From: Octopus bimaculoides
Lineage: Eukaryota
Assembly (NCBI RefSeq): GCF_001194135.2
Contig: NC_068988.1
Span: 90,730,878 to 90,772,088 of the forward strand
Direction: 5' to 3'
Length of the DNA: 41,211 nt
In this document: piece by piece, positions 22,295 to 32,720 of the stretch
Position numbering within the stretch: the stretch's first letter is position 1
How the letters are laid out: every line of letters begins with the position of its first letter
The notes under the pieces: model-generated
Seen by the model: only the letters and a program-made list of their open reading frames with translations
What the model was told of the DNA's origin: nothing
The model's database searches: none
Made by a program: the position numbers and the translations under genes

Positions 22295-24786
22295 TACATA
22301 TGCACAAATGCATGCATACACACTCATACATATATAAATGCATTCACATATGCACAAACACACACACACACATACGTTATGTGTAATGGTACACTCTATC
22401 CTTTACACACTTCAGTTCTATATTGTGCAGTGATCCTCTTACAATATGAATACCATGTTGCAGCTGCATGCTATAGTTGTATTTGTCCTTTATTATGCAT
22501 CACTCGTGCACATGACTACTGCCTTAAGGGGAGAGGAATTAAGAGAGTGGCTTCCATTTTGCAGATGTATTTTGTTTCTATGATCTTTATAATTTTTAGT
22601 TGTGTTTGTCTTGCTTTTTCTTTTCCGGGGATTTGAAATGATTCTTTTAAAAATATATTTTTTGCATTTAATTTTCTATTATTTTTATCAGATCATTTAT
22701 CATTTACATGTTAGCATTTATTAAAATTCTAATTTAATCACATCCACATAGACACAGGCACTTACACATGCATACACATATACATATATCTACATGGACA
22801 CTTGTGCATATATACTTGGTGAAACAGACACACAGAAATATACTTACCTGCATATGTATCAGCAAGGGTGTGTTGATACATATATGCACATGCACACATA
22901 CACACAAATGTAAGTATGTATGTTTGTAAATCTTAAATTCAGGTTACTATTTAAAGCAAGTTTAAGAATAACAACAATCCATTTGCTGACTTCAATATAT
23001 TTATCTCTCGTTTGCATAGATATATATACAAGAGTGTGTGTGTGTGTATACACACATGCACTCATACGCACACATAGGTATATGGACTTTATCTTGTCCT
23101 GTTGTGTTAACTGACTAATTATCATATCATTATAAAATAGTAACAGAAATAATTAAAAATAAATTCAATTAACTAATTAGAGATAAAAGTATTAGCAGGC
23201 ACCCTGCAGTGTAATCAATAACACAGTCACCCAGCAAGCAACGGACACATGTTTCAAATCTCATCTAAGGGCCTGTTTTTCTTTTCTTTCTCAAATTAGT
23301 TCTTATATTGTCTAATAGAGGTACATCATTAATTCTATGAATGCTAATGGTCTAGAACATAGCTTCCTAAAGTGGGTGATATTGCCCACTGGTGGACAAT
23401 TTCAACTTACAGGTGGACAATGGGTGAATTTGTAGAAAATGGTGGGCAATGTGAACATTCTAAAAGAATTTTTAAAAATCAATATATATATACAATATAT
23501 ATATCACCCGGGGTACTGATATTAATGGCGGTGCCCCAGCATGGCCACAGCTCATGAGCTGAAACTAGATAAAATGAAAAAAATGATAAAATATATATAT
23601 GTATATATGGGAGATATATATATATATATATTGCTGTCTCCTTTCCTTGACATCATGCAATAGTTGTAAATGAATGTCACCATCATGCAAGTAGTGTCCT
23701 TTGTTTTTGAATCTTCTTCGGAAGCATGCCTGATCTTGGAAACTAATGGGAGTTGGCAACAGGAAGGACATCTAGCTGTAGAAAATCTACCTCAACAAAT
23801 GTGGGTGTGTATAGATGAGTCTGTATGTTTTTGTGTTTGTCTCCCACCCTCCACTTGACACCACATTCTGGTTTGTTTGCATCCCTGTAACTTAGTGGAT
23901 TGCCAAAAGAGACAGATAGAACAAGTACCAAGTTTTAAAAAGAAGTACCAGACTTCAAAACATAACATTAAGTACTGGGTTAATTTAATCAGTTTCAACT
24001 TTTCAAGATGGTGCCCCATCATGGACTGAAAGAAGTAAAAGAGTAAAATTGTATATATAATCTGTTTGTGTCTCTATCTGTATTTATTGTTCTGTTACTT
24101 TATCAATATATTTCATCTCACCCCATAACGCAGCGAGCTGGCAGAATCGTTAGCATTCCAGGCAAAATGCTGAGCAACATTTCATCTGTTTTTGTGTTCT
24201 GAGTTCAAATTCCACTGAGGTCAATTTTGCCATTCATCCTTCTGTTGTCGATAAAATAAATACCAGCTGAGCACTGGAGTTGATGCAATCAATTTACTCC
24301 CTTCCCTGAACTTGCTGGCCTTGTGCCAAAATTTGAATCCGATATATTTCATATCCTCTTCCTTATCCCACAACTTGTTATTGCACTATTGCATTCCTTC
24401 ACACACTCTTCTGCTATTCCTCCTCCCCTCATCTGCTGTCATTACTAAATACTGTTTTTTTTTTTCGTTTTGTTCATTCCAGATGGTTCCTGAGCACACT
24501 TGATTACAAAAAGGACAGCAAACCATTCATAATCAATGGAGTCATTATGACACTTATGTTTTTCATCACTCGTCTTGCCTGCATGCCGTATTATTGGTAT
24601 AAAGTATACGAGGTGTACAACACGGAACCATTCACACGCCTTGGTCATATGCAGTATGTCTTAATTGGTACATGCTTTGTGCTCGATGTCATCAATTTTC
24701 TTTGGTTCTACAGGATGCTTCGAGGAGTGTACAATGTCTTGCAATACCTCATACACAGAAATGATATCCCACTGAAGGAAGAATGA
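4975..24786 (+). CDS. TLCD4: TLC (TRAM/LAG1/CLN8) domain protein, TLCD4/TMEM56-like; 5'-partial, join(4975..5033,9806..9900,12204..12277,24483..24786)
   Basis: Spliced translation: (W)[176 protein letters not shown]. All junctions are GT-AG with compatible phases. TLC motifs HH, E-x-S-T-P-x-x-N-x-R-W, FF-x-x-R and N-x-x-W are present and resemble human TMEM56 as recalled. Confidence 0.93.
5275..6090. repeat. Compound (CAT)n/(CAC)n/(TAT)n trinucleotide array
   Basis: Directly visible; explains the poly-Ile/Ser/His/Met ORFs. Confidence 0.95.
7180..7560 (+). mobile_element. SINE family A copy
   Basis: GGAGTGGCTATGTGGTAAG head, GGGCAAGTGACTTCTACTAT centre, CAGTCAAATGACTGAAACAAG tail. Confidence 0.85.
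7920..8318 (-). mobile_element. SINE family A copy, inverted
   Basis: Reverse complement reads GGCGTGGCTGTGTGGTAAGAAG...GGGCAAGTGTCTTCTACTAT. Confidence 0.8.
8465..8706 (-). mobile_element. CORE-type tRNA-derived SINE, family C
   Basis: Reverse complement has a tRNA-like head and TTCTTGAGCAAAACACTTCATTTC (CORE-like); related pieces at 19755-19940 and 31190-31310. Confidence 0.7.
9297..9642. other. Assembly gap (N run)
   Basis: Continuous Ns. Confidence 1.
9806..9900 (+). CDS. TLCD4: TLCD4-like internal exon (95 nt)
   Basis: Acceptor ctctgtttcag|AC, donor GCT|gtaagt; encodes (D)[31 protein letters not shown] with the TLC HH motif. Confidence 0.92.
10205..10684 (+). mobile_element. SINE family B copy inserted in a (TAC)n tract; contains a 10-N gap
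   Basis: Very similar to 1852-2244; flanked by TAC repeats. Confidence 0.9.
10698..11005 (+). mobile_element. CORE-type tRNA-derived SINE
   Basis: TGGTTTAATGGTTAG A box, GATTTCAATTCC B-like box, TTTAGCAAAACACTTCATCTCAC CORE-like motif, (CAT)n tail. Confidence 0.65.
11023..11250 (+). mobile_element. SINE family D (Meta-domain-like centre)
   Basis: GAGCTGGCAGAA head, GAGTTCAAATTC, GGTCGACTTTACCTTTCATC..GATGAAATAAGTACCAG centre (resembles the MetaSINE domain as recalled), (ATT)n tail. Confidence 0.7.
11290..11500 (+). mobile_element. SINE family D copy
   Basis: Same motifs as 11023-11250. Confidence 0.7.
11950..12140 (-). mobile_element. SINE family D copy, inverted
   Basis: CTGGTACTTAT...GAAAGGCGAAGTGAACCTC...TTTGAACTCAGAA is the reverse complement of the family D motifs. 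Confidence 0.7.
12204..12277 (+). CDS. TLCD4: TLCD4-like internal exon (74 nt)
   Basis: Acceptor ttttctcttgcag|ATG, donor AAG|gttggt; encodes [24 protein letters not shown](R). Confidence 0.92.
12480..13290 (-). mobile_element. Degenerate CR1/Jockey-like LINE, RT C-terminal fragment
   Basis: Minus strand encodes [10 protein letters not shown] (from CACAATGGAATATTGCTCTCACATCTGG), followed by further decayed LINE-like sequence; multiple frameshifts. Confidence 0.6.
13705..13960 (-). mobile_element. RTE 3'-tail-derived repeat ending in (GAT)n
   Basis: CCATGCTAGCATGGGT and CTGGATGCCCTTCCTG motifs shared with 16170-16313, 21945-22070 and 35843-36152. Confidence 0.65.
14130..14652 (+). mobile_element. 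CR1-like LINE 3' end with poly(A)
   Basis: [47 protein letters not shown] (CR1-type C-terminus), short 3' UTR, A-tail at 14640-14652. Confidence 0.8.
15037..16313 (+). mobile_element. RTE-clade LINE, 5'-truncated 3' end
   Basis: [55 protein letters not shown]; 3' region has three roughly 60-65 bp GCACGTAAAAAGCACC units and a (GAT)n tail. Confidence 0.88.
16804..17452. other. Assembly gap (N run)
   Basis: Continuous Ns. Confidence 1.
17860..18680. repeat. (AT)n/(AC)n/(ATAG)n microsatellite cluster
   Basis: Directly visible; produces the YI/HT/CV ORFs. Confidence 0.9.
18677..19549 (+). mobile_element. Tc1/mariner superfamily, DD37D (maT) element, internally deleted
   Basis: TA on both flanks; degenerate TIRs CAGGGTGCGATGGGTAA / CAGAGTGTGGTAAATAA; KHPVNIMVF...WQQDSAPCH...[12 protein letters not shown] with 37 residues between the last two Asp; most of the N-terminal part is missing. 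Confidence 0.88.
19755..19940 (-). mobile_element. CORE-type SINE family C copy
   Basis: GAAATGAAGTGTTTTGCTGAAGAA matches the 8465-8706 element. Confidence 0.65.
20469..20881. other. Assembly gap (N run)
   Basis: Continuous Ns. Confidence 1.
20891..21050. mobile_element. MITE-like element with about 53-bp imperfect terminal inverted repeats
   Basis: 20891-20944 pairs with 20998-21050 (TAATTAG.TAAAGATAGTTTT...GGTTACCC.GGGTTTC); TA ends. Confidence 0.65.
21226..21556. mobile_element. Foldback/MITE-like palindrome with about 165-bp arms
   Basis: Arms align by eye along their length around a 3-nt centre (AGG, 21391-21393). Confidence 0.75.
21945..22070 (+). mobile_element. RTE 3'-tail fragment with (GAT)n
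   Basis: CAAATCAGATTGGAGCCTGG...CCATGCTAGCATGGAAAGCGGACGTTAAACGATGATG, as in 16200-16313. Confidence 0.75.
23770..24050 (+). mobile_element. SINE family A, 3' part
   Basis: CCCTGTAACTTAGTGG..CAAAAGAGACAGATAGAACAAGTACC..GGTGCCCC motifs. Confidence 0.65.
24130..24345 (+). mobile_element. SINE family D copy, about 140 bp upstream of the last TLCD4 exon
   Basis: GCGAGCTGGCAGAATCGTTAG...GAGGTCAATTTTGCCATTCATCC...GATAAAATAAATACCAG. Confidence 0.75.
24483..24786 (+). CDS. TLCD4: TLCD4-like terminal coding exon
   Basis: Acceptor ttttgttcattccag|A completes Arg; [31 protein letters not shown]...DIPLKEE, TGA at 24784-24786. Confidence 0.93.
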
Positions 24787-25070
24787 ACTAAATTATATTA
24801 TATTATATTAACATATTAAATATTAAAAAAATTTAAATAATCTAATGTATATGGAAAATACAGAATATTATTTTTCCTGTGGTATGTGTGCATGTGTTGG
24901 ATTATGATGCCAGCATGAGAGAACATGTCATTGTTGTATCTGTAAATAAGAGAGATAATAGCTGTCTGGGTGTCATACTTAAACCAGGTACATCTTTGAA
25001 AGCTTCATTAGTTATAGTATTAGTCTTGAGATTGCACCTTTTATAAACATGCAAAAATGTACATGGAAAC

Positions 25071-25507
25071 ATATCAGTAGCAAATGGTAACTGCCAACTA
25101 GCAGCAGCATTGCTAAATGCACATTTCTGTCTCTGGACTTTGACAGGAGCAAATATCCTTTGGCAACCACATGCTGAGACAAAATTGGAAATTACTGATA
25201 TAGTAAAACAGTGATGTCACAATTAGTTGATAGGCTGAATGAAACTTCATTAGTATTAGAAGCAGTATTAGTGAAAAATAGTAATTTGTGTATCATATTT
25301 AAAGCAGAAACATCTCCGAAAGCCAAATTAACTACCATATTCATCTCAATATAGTATCTCTTATAGGCATATAGTGTTAAAAACACTGAAATATATCAGT
25401 AGCAAATGAAAATCGCCCTGTAGGGATGGTGCACTCAGAGGCAGAAACATGCATTTAGCAATGCTACCACCACTACTGGACGAGTTTCATCTTCCACTAA
25501 TATATTT
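25071..25507. mobile_element. Two short MITE-like copies in opposite orientation (25071-25201, 25389-25507)
   Basis: Each has ATATCAGTA-type inverted ends; internal AGCATTGCTAAATGCA..TTCTG.CTCTG is inverted between the copies. Confidence 0.6.
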
Positions 25508-26979
25508 TTTTTTAACATTATATGTCAGAGATGCTATCTAGAGATGAATGCCATAGTTATATAGGCTTTCAACTATGTATATGTTTTAAGTATGATACAC
25601 AAACAGTTATTTTAAACTAATACTGCTTCTGTCACACTTAATGAAATTTTAAGAGAAATAACATTATTTAGCTTCATTCAGTCTAGGTATTTAGCTGTTA
25701 ACATTAGCAATTTGAGTGCCCACATAGAGGTCTTCCTTGTAGTTGTTGTTCATGGACATCCCCATATCAGCTTTGATCCAGTAGATATGTGATCAAATAT
25801 GTTCTTGTTATTTATGAGAGAGAGAGAGATAGATAAAGCAATAGGAAGTAGTTAGGGAGATAGACAGGTAGATAAGTAGGAAGGTAGTTGGATGTAATGC
25901 ATTTAGGACTACATAATTTGATATGTTTTAAAGGTAGCAGAATGAGATGTGGCTGCTAATGGCTCTTTTAATGGTTCATATTATCTAGTTTGTATAATAT
26001 TGTACAACTTTTTATATAGTTTATCAAGTGTTTGCTGTTCAGTTTTAGCTTAGACTTGATGTTTGATAAATATCAAAGATGTTGTAGCTAACACGTTCAG
26101 ACAAAAATGTATAAGTTTATCAAAAGCTGCAATGCCTGATGAGTTTCATCCAAATTTATGCCATTTTTTCATTAGCTCGTATATTTGGCATGAACACATT
26201 CTTTTACATTTTTTATGGGTTTCAGATTCTGGCATAAAGGGACGCAACTCAATACACCAATTAAATACTAACATAGTTTCTATTTACCATATTCTATTCG
26301 CAGTATTAATCAACTCGAGTGCACGCCTGAAGACATCTACCTAAGATGTCATGCAATGGGATTGAACCTGGAAGCATGTGGTCAGGAAGTAAACTTCTTA
26401 ACTTCATGTCTATACTTGTGCCTATGAAACATATATTCTATTTAGCCAAGTCAGTCATTTGCTGCTCTGTGTTTCACCTGTGAGTGAGTGCAGTCTTCTG
26501 GCAAGTTATGGCTGAAAAAATGTTCCCCTCTTTATATAGGTAGTGGAGAGAAAATATAAAGCAGGGGAAAAGAAGAAACAAAAAGGAAAGGAAGAAAGAC
26601 TGAGTAAGAAGGGGAAATGACAGGAGTGCTTTGATTGGGTGGAGGAATGAAGTAGGGTGAGTGGGAATTAGAATGGTCAAAGAGTGCAATTGAAAAATTT
26701 TATGGACAATGTATATAGCAATAATGCATCGAGAGCAAGACCCTGAAATGACACGTATTCTCTTCTGATGAGTCCATAAGCTTGCTAGCATCTGGTGTGC
26801 AGAACTTTCAACTGGTAGCACTTACATCTGCAAGCTGTTAGCAATATATGTATGCTTAAAATGTCTGGCAGAGTAGGACATGTGCTAGTTACCCACATAG
26901 TCAATTAGATAATTCAGAAGATATCATGCCTTAATGGCTGGAGTGATGCTTTAGAGAAAGATAGTCATCGAGATACCAA

Positions 26980-27980
26980 ACTAATGTGCCAAGTTATGAA
27001 AGTTGCGAGAAGAGTTATAGCTCAGCTAATTAGGATAAGAATTAGCTTATATTTAATGCCATTCCATTTTGTGCCTGAGAAAAGTACTAGTGGTACCATC
27101 TTCTTTGTGAGGCAACTGTAGGAGAAGTATCTAGCCAGAAATAATCCACTGTACCTGGCATTTGTCAAGCCAGAAAAGACTTTTGACAGATTTCCTTGCC
27201 CCATGATCTGCTAGACATTGATGAAGTTATGTTTAGATGAATGCTTGTTGAGCTCTATAAGCCATGTACAGAGATGCAATCAATAAGGCAAGAGTTCAGC
27301 AACAAATTTTAGAGTTCATGTAGGGATCCATCAGAGATCTATCTTCAGCCCTTTCCTATTCATCATATCTTCCAAGCTATAACTGATGACCTAGTTCTTA
27401 TATTGGACTCAAAGACTTTGAGAGGAAATTCCTGAAGTGGTAGCAAAACTTAGAATAAGTAGGATAGATGATAGGACCTTGCTAACATGAAAAAGATTGA
27501 ATTTTATTCAAGGGACAAGAACTGGTTACAATTCCATCTGGCACACTCTATGTAAACAACAAACAGAAGTGGGGGCCACAGTTAGGCTAACAGGGAAGAT
27601 ATATTTCACATGCAGCAGGTGCCTGGAACAATAAGTACTAAGAGTCCATGAGGAATGGATGTGTTGATAGAGTCTGTTTCCTACATGATTTAATAAGCAG
27701 TGAAAGTGAGAGTTTAACGAGCATCGTAGCCAGAATAAGAACAAGCTGGAAAAAATTGAGGAAGTGGTTGGCAATGAAGAGCTTCTCCCCAAAGAAACGC
27801 TCTTCACTGCCAGGAAGAATAGATGGTGCAATGTGTGTGCATGCAAAGTGCAGTGCTAAATGGTAGTGAGACTTGGGCCATGAACACAAGATTTACAGAG
27901 ATTAGAAAGAAGTGAAGCTAGTATGCTTCAGTAGATATGTTAGTGCACATGAATTATGGAGTGTTGATGAGCTGCGAGAA
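26980..27980 (+). mobile_element. Degenerate RTE-clade LINE RT fragment
   Basis: MKVARRVIAQLIR, TIFFVRQL*EKYL, LYLAFVKPEKTFDR, GIHQRSIFSPFLF, ARIRTSWKKLRK; many stops and frameshifts. Confidence 0.8.
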
Positions 27981-29073
27981 AGTTGCAAGAGGAATTAGAT
28001 GTTTAAACCTTTCGAATCAGCCTTTACTAGCCAAAACTAGGTTTTTCACTACAAGTTTCACCTACCTTTATCAGCAAATCGTCATATACACATATTGCTA
28101 TTTCTTTTAATTACTGTTGTGTTTATCAGCACATTACACGATTCTGATCCTCAATTTATACACTTAAGAGTCGTTCCATTTTAAGTATTACATTAGATCT
28201 AAGGAAAAATAAGGTCCAGGCAGTTAACGGAGTAGCTTCTTGAGCACTTGACATAATTTTCTCTCTGTTGTTACGTTTTGTTCTCACTGTAGATTTTGCA
28301 AGATTTAACGTTTTTGTCAATATAACTTAAGTTTTACTTCTGTGTCAAGTCTTTTTAAAAATCATGTTTTTATATCCAGTATAATCTCTTGACGGCTACT
28401 TTTTGCACTATTACCCTCGGGTCTACTTGATAATGTCTTTGCAGACATTTTAAATTGAAGGCAAATCCAATAGCAGCGGCGATTAATTGTCCACAACAAA
28501 TATGCAAAAAAAAAAAATTGGCTCAGGAAAGATCTGTTTTGTGAGAATTAAAAATTGTTTCATTCCTATTGATGCAATAATGAAAATGAGAAAATAGGTG
28601 AATGAATGAAGAAGAGAAAGTACTGTTACAGTTAGGTAAAGGGTCACCAGATTTTATATGCAATTCGCCCCTTGCACTTCTGACTCAAAACATCAATACA
28701 CAGGCACTTCATACACAAACACTCATACACACACTCACTCACACTCATGGACACACACACATACACATGTTGGCATACATGCTCGTATCTATTGTTGCCA
28801 GTTGGATTCAAAAGTTAGTGGGTTGATGGTGTGAGTTCCATTGGTTTATATGTTAGGATAATGGGCGGGCATTGTTGGTAATGTGGAGGTCGTATTGTCC
28901 TTGCTAATTGCATTGTAGTGGGTGTTTAGTCTCAAGTCAATCCTCATAGACATGTCATTCAAGTTTTAAAATACACTAGGATACCACATTATGTTTTATT
29001 TTAAATAAATTTGCTTATCTTCGTTTTATATACCACTGTTGCGGTTGTGCATGCATGCATGTATGTACACACA

Positions 29074-29110
<37 letters not shown>

Positions 29111-29399
29111 CCACACTCACATTATGTACATTATATATACATGTGTATATGTATGTAACGTGATGATAGTTTTTAAAATCGTTAACTATATATTTTGAAC
29201 TTATGGAAAAGGCAAAAGTGACCATTTTGCTAAGAAAGTGTAGTTTTAAATTACTAATTTTGCTCTTATGGAAACTCGTATTGCGTAGTTATGCAATATG
29301 AGTTTCTGTAAGAGCAAAATGACAGATTGTATCCCGAAATTAATGGTCATACTTTACAATCTCCGTAAGCGCGAAATCCCATAACTTCAGATACCTGTA

Positions 29400-29750
29400 A
29401 TGCAGTGTAGTGGTGGTGGGGTCTCACTTTAGGAAAGTGTCTTCTATAGCCTCGAGCCGATCAAAGCCTTCTAAGTAGATTTGGTAGACGGAAACTGAAA
29501 GAAGCTTGTATATGTGTGTATGTACGTGCGCGCACGCGTGTGTGTTAGTCCACACACATACACACACACTGCTTGACAACCAGTGTTAGTGTGTTTTCGT
29601 CCCCGTAACTTTGCGGTTCAGCAAAAGTACAGATAGAATAAGTACCAAACTGTAAAAAAATAAGTACAGGAATCGATTTATTCTGCTATAATAAACTTCT
29701 TCAAGGTGGTGCCCTAGCATGGCCGCCGTCTAATGACTAAAACTAAAGAT
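29400..29750 (+). mobile_element. SINE family A copy
   Basis: GGAAAGTGTCTTCTATAGCCTCGAGCCGATCAAAGCC...GGTGCCCTAGCATGGCC tail. Confidence 0.75.
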
Positions 29751-30299
29751 AAATAATCGTGTCTGGTCGGCAGGCAATAAAGAAGGGAAGTAACTGTGGG
29801 TAACAGGTATCTGAACTCAAGGTAGATAACTCTGAGAGATTACAAATTTGATTTATTGTTTTAATTATTGTCAACGAACCGGAAAGTGGAAATAATTTTT
29901 CTGAACAACTGCCGAAATTGTCACTACTATGAAAAGAAGTCCTTCAAATATGAAATGTTTAGGAAGTCGTGAGTAGTGTACAGGATTGCAGCGAACAATG
30001 CTTTTAGCGGAGTTTATTACCACACATTAGTTGCTCACCTAACGTCTTTCCATAACAGAATAAAGAGCACTGGACAGAATGATGGATCTATTTCCCAGGA
30101 ATACTGAATGAGCAGAGGTAAGCAAAGATGTCTTCGCTCTGACACTGTGTGTGTGCGTGTCTGGGCGCGTGTGCGACGTACTGCTCCTGAACCTGCATTT
30201 AAGCCGCGAGCTTTATTTATAATCGGCTCTTCAATATAGCTAGACTAAGGATCAACTCTTAGATGAGGAATTGCTCAGAACATATGATACGGCTGTGGT

Positions 30300-30780
30300 G
30301 TATAAGGCCTGTGTTCTCAGCACACTTCTCTGTAGCAACAAATTGTAGTTGACGTACTCTTCACAAGAACACAAACGTCATATACTTTCTATGAAGTCTG
30401 GGCAGAATCCTTAGGATCAAATGGTAGGACAATGTCTGCGACACTAACATACTTTACCAGAGCAGGCATCCCAATGTTCACTTTTCCTTTCCAGCAACGA
30501 CTTCGATGCTTTGTACATGTTCATCTTATGGATGATGGCTGTATTCCAAAAGCTTGCTCTGTAGTATACTGACTTCTAAGTCCAGAGGTAAATGAGATAC
30601 AAGATTGTGTGCAAGCATGACTTGAAAATGACTGCCATCAACCCTGACTCCTGATAAGCAGTCACAGACAATAAAATTCTACAGAATCAACAAATATCTC
30701 GAGGACTGAGAAGCAAAGAACAAAGAACTGAATAAAAAAAAACAGCAAGAGCAAGTTATGTCTTCTCAACAAATATTCAT
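30300..30780 (+). mobile_element. RTE (BovB-like) LINE C-terminal fragment, degenerate
   Basis: VYKACVLSTLL, RILRIKW*DNV, QQRLRCFVHVHLMDDGCIPK, RYKIVCKHDLK motifs. Confidence 0.75.
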
Positions 30781-31189
30781 ATGCAATATCCACACATCCT
30801 ATGTAAATTATTTGTGCTCAACTCATCTAATTGTACTCTATTCGTCAAATTTCTTTCTAAATCACATAATTGCGTTGACAGGATATTCTTAGACCCACAC
30901 TACAAATTCTGAGTTCCCCTCAGAGTTCAGTACCGTCTCTCTCTCTCTCTCTCTCAATCTATCTATCTATCTATCTATCTATCAAGCCACATACTCCCTT
31001 TGGTACATTAATCAAACGAAGTACAATATAGCCAGCCTTTACTTCGAGTATGATTTGGTAGCATATATAATTGTATTAGCTTTCGCTAATAGTTTTATGT
31101 AGCCACGAGCAGACATCGAGGAAGAAGGGACTGCATCAGCATTCTGGTACAGCTGGAGGAAGAGAAAGGACTCCATCAGCATTCTGATA

Positions 31190-31310
31190 GTCATCGCAGC
31201 TGAGCTGACCGAGGCAATGTGAAATGAAAGGCTTTGCTCGAGGACGCAACACGTTGTTCTATACAGGAATCGAATGATAGTGACTGAACAGCCAAACCAC
31301 TAAGCCACAG
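31190..31310 (-). mobile_element. CORE-type SINE family C fragment
   Basis: GAAATGAAAGGCTTTGCTCGAGGACGCAAC resembles the 8465-8706 element. Confidence 0.55.
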
Positions 31311-32479
31311 TTAATCACTTACGTGATGTCATTTCTAACTCTTTACCACATAACCACAGGTGCAAAGACAGTATCCATTTCCATTGTTATGGCCTCCGAG
31401 ATTGCTAGCAAGTAATTATTATCAGATCAGAGGCCTGACCTGGATGCTGTCAACATAGCACTTAGTGATCACTTGGTTATTTACACGTGTGCACGTTATG
31501 AACCCCTTACAGCTACTTCCGAAATGTGTTGGTATAATAATGGGAGGGGAAAAGGTCATCAACTTTGAGACTTTTAAGTCAGATTCACCTGAAATTTTTG
31601 TCAGGCATAAGTCCAAGCGTTCACAAAAGTCATTTCAAACTTACAGCGGATTGTTTAGTCTAAAATTAAGGAACGCACAAACAGAATCCGAATTTTGGCG
31701 TTATATAGATTCCTGAAAGAGACACAGTGATAAAAACATCGAAGAAAAGAAAAACGGTAAGTGGGAAAGAGTGAATGAGATGTGTAGAAAAGAGAAGAAG
31801 AAAATAAAGTGTAATACATACAGAAATGGAAAAAAAAGAAAAGATAAAAAGCAAAAACGCAAGTTGATGATATATTTGTTTTTATTAATTTATCGATTGA
31901 CTTTTATTCCACCGATTATTATTATTATTATTAATATTACGGAAGCCGAGTTTGATGAAAGTATAGTGTTGGTGCCTCGACGGAATGCTATCATTTACAC
32001 CTTGGCAAATGTTGCTTGCTTTGGTCGATCAGGCAAAATGCCGAGGAAACCTACACAGACATACATACATACATAGACAACGCGATATAAACCATGTACA
32101 TAAACATACAGACGTACCTTTAATAAACTAGTACATGTATATACATATAACTGATTCAAACATGTACATACACGTAACGTAGACAGCCATTCAAGCATAC
32201 ATATCATATACGCCACAACTTACAAATACACATATAAATATAGTCGAACAATAATGAGGAAAAGTGGATATGGTTTAAAATCTCGGCTGGCGTACGTTGG
32301 GGAGAGAGAGAGAGAGAATGATGATAGTAACATACACAGCAAAGGAGGGGGTAAGTCTTAGGCAGCGGTAAAAGACTGACGTGAGAGTATTGGTAGGAGT
32401 CGGAGGAGAAGTGAAACCGAATCAATGGGAAAATGTAGACAAAGAGTGTTGTAGGCAGTGAGAAAGGAAGAACGAGAGC

Positions 32480-32511
<32 letters not shown>

Positions 32512-32589
32512 AGTAAGAAAAGAGGGGATGGAAAATAATAAGGATTTTTGTCTTTAATCGGTCCAAGACCACAAAGGTGGTGTTTGAGT

Positions 32590-32720
32590 ATAGCAGATTA
32601 AACCGATACTAATATTGAATTGGTTCTTTATTTTGTTGGAGGGATTTGAACTCAGAACATAAAGCGCCGGGACACATACTGCAATGAGTTTTGTCTGACG
32701 CTCTAATGATTCTGCAAAAT
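32590..32720 (-). mobile_element. SINE family D, 5' fragment
   Basis: GGGATTTGAACTCAGAAC...CTAATGATTCTGC. Confidence 0.6.

Noticed and set aside
31465-31716. 83-aa ORF
   Set aside because: No recognisable domain and no splice context supporting a coding exon.
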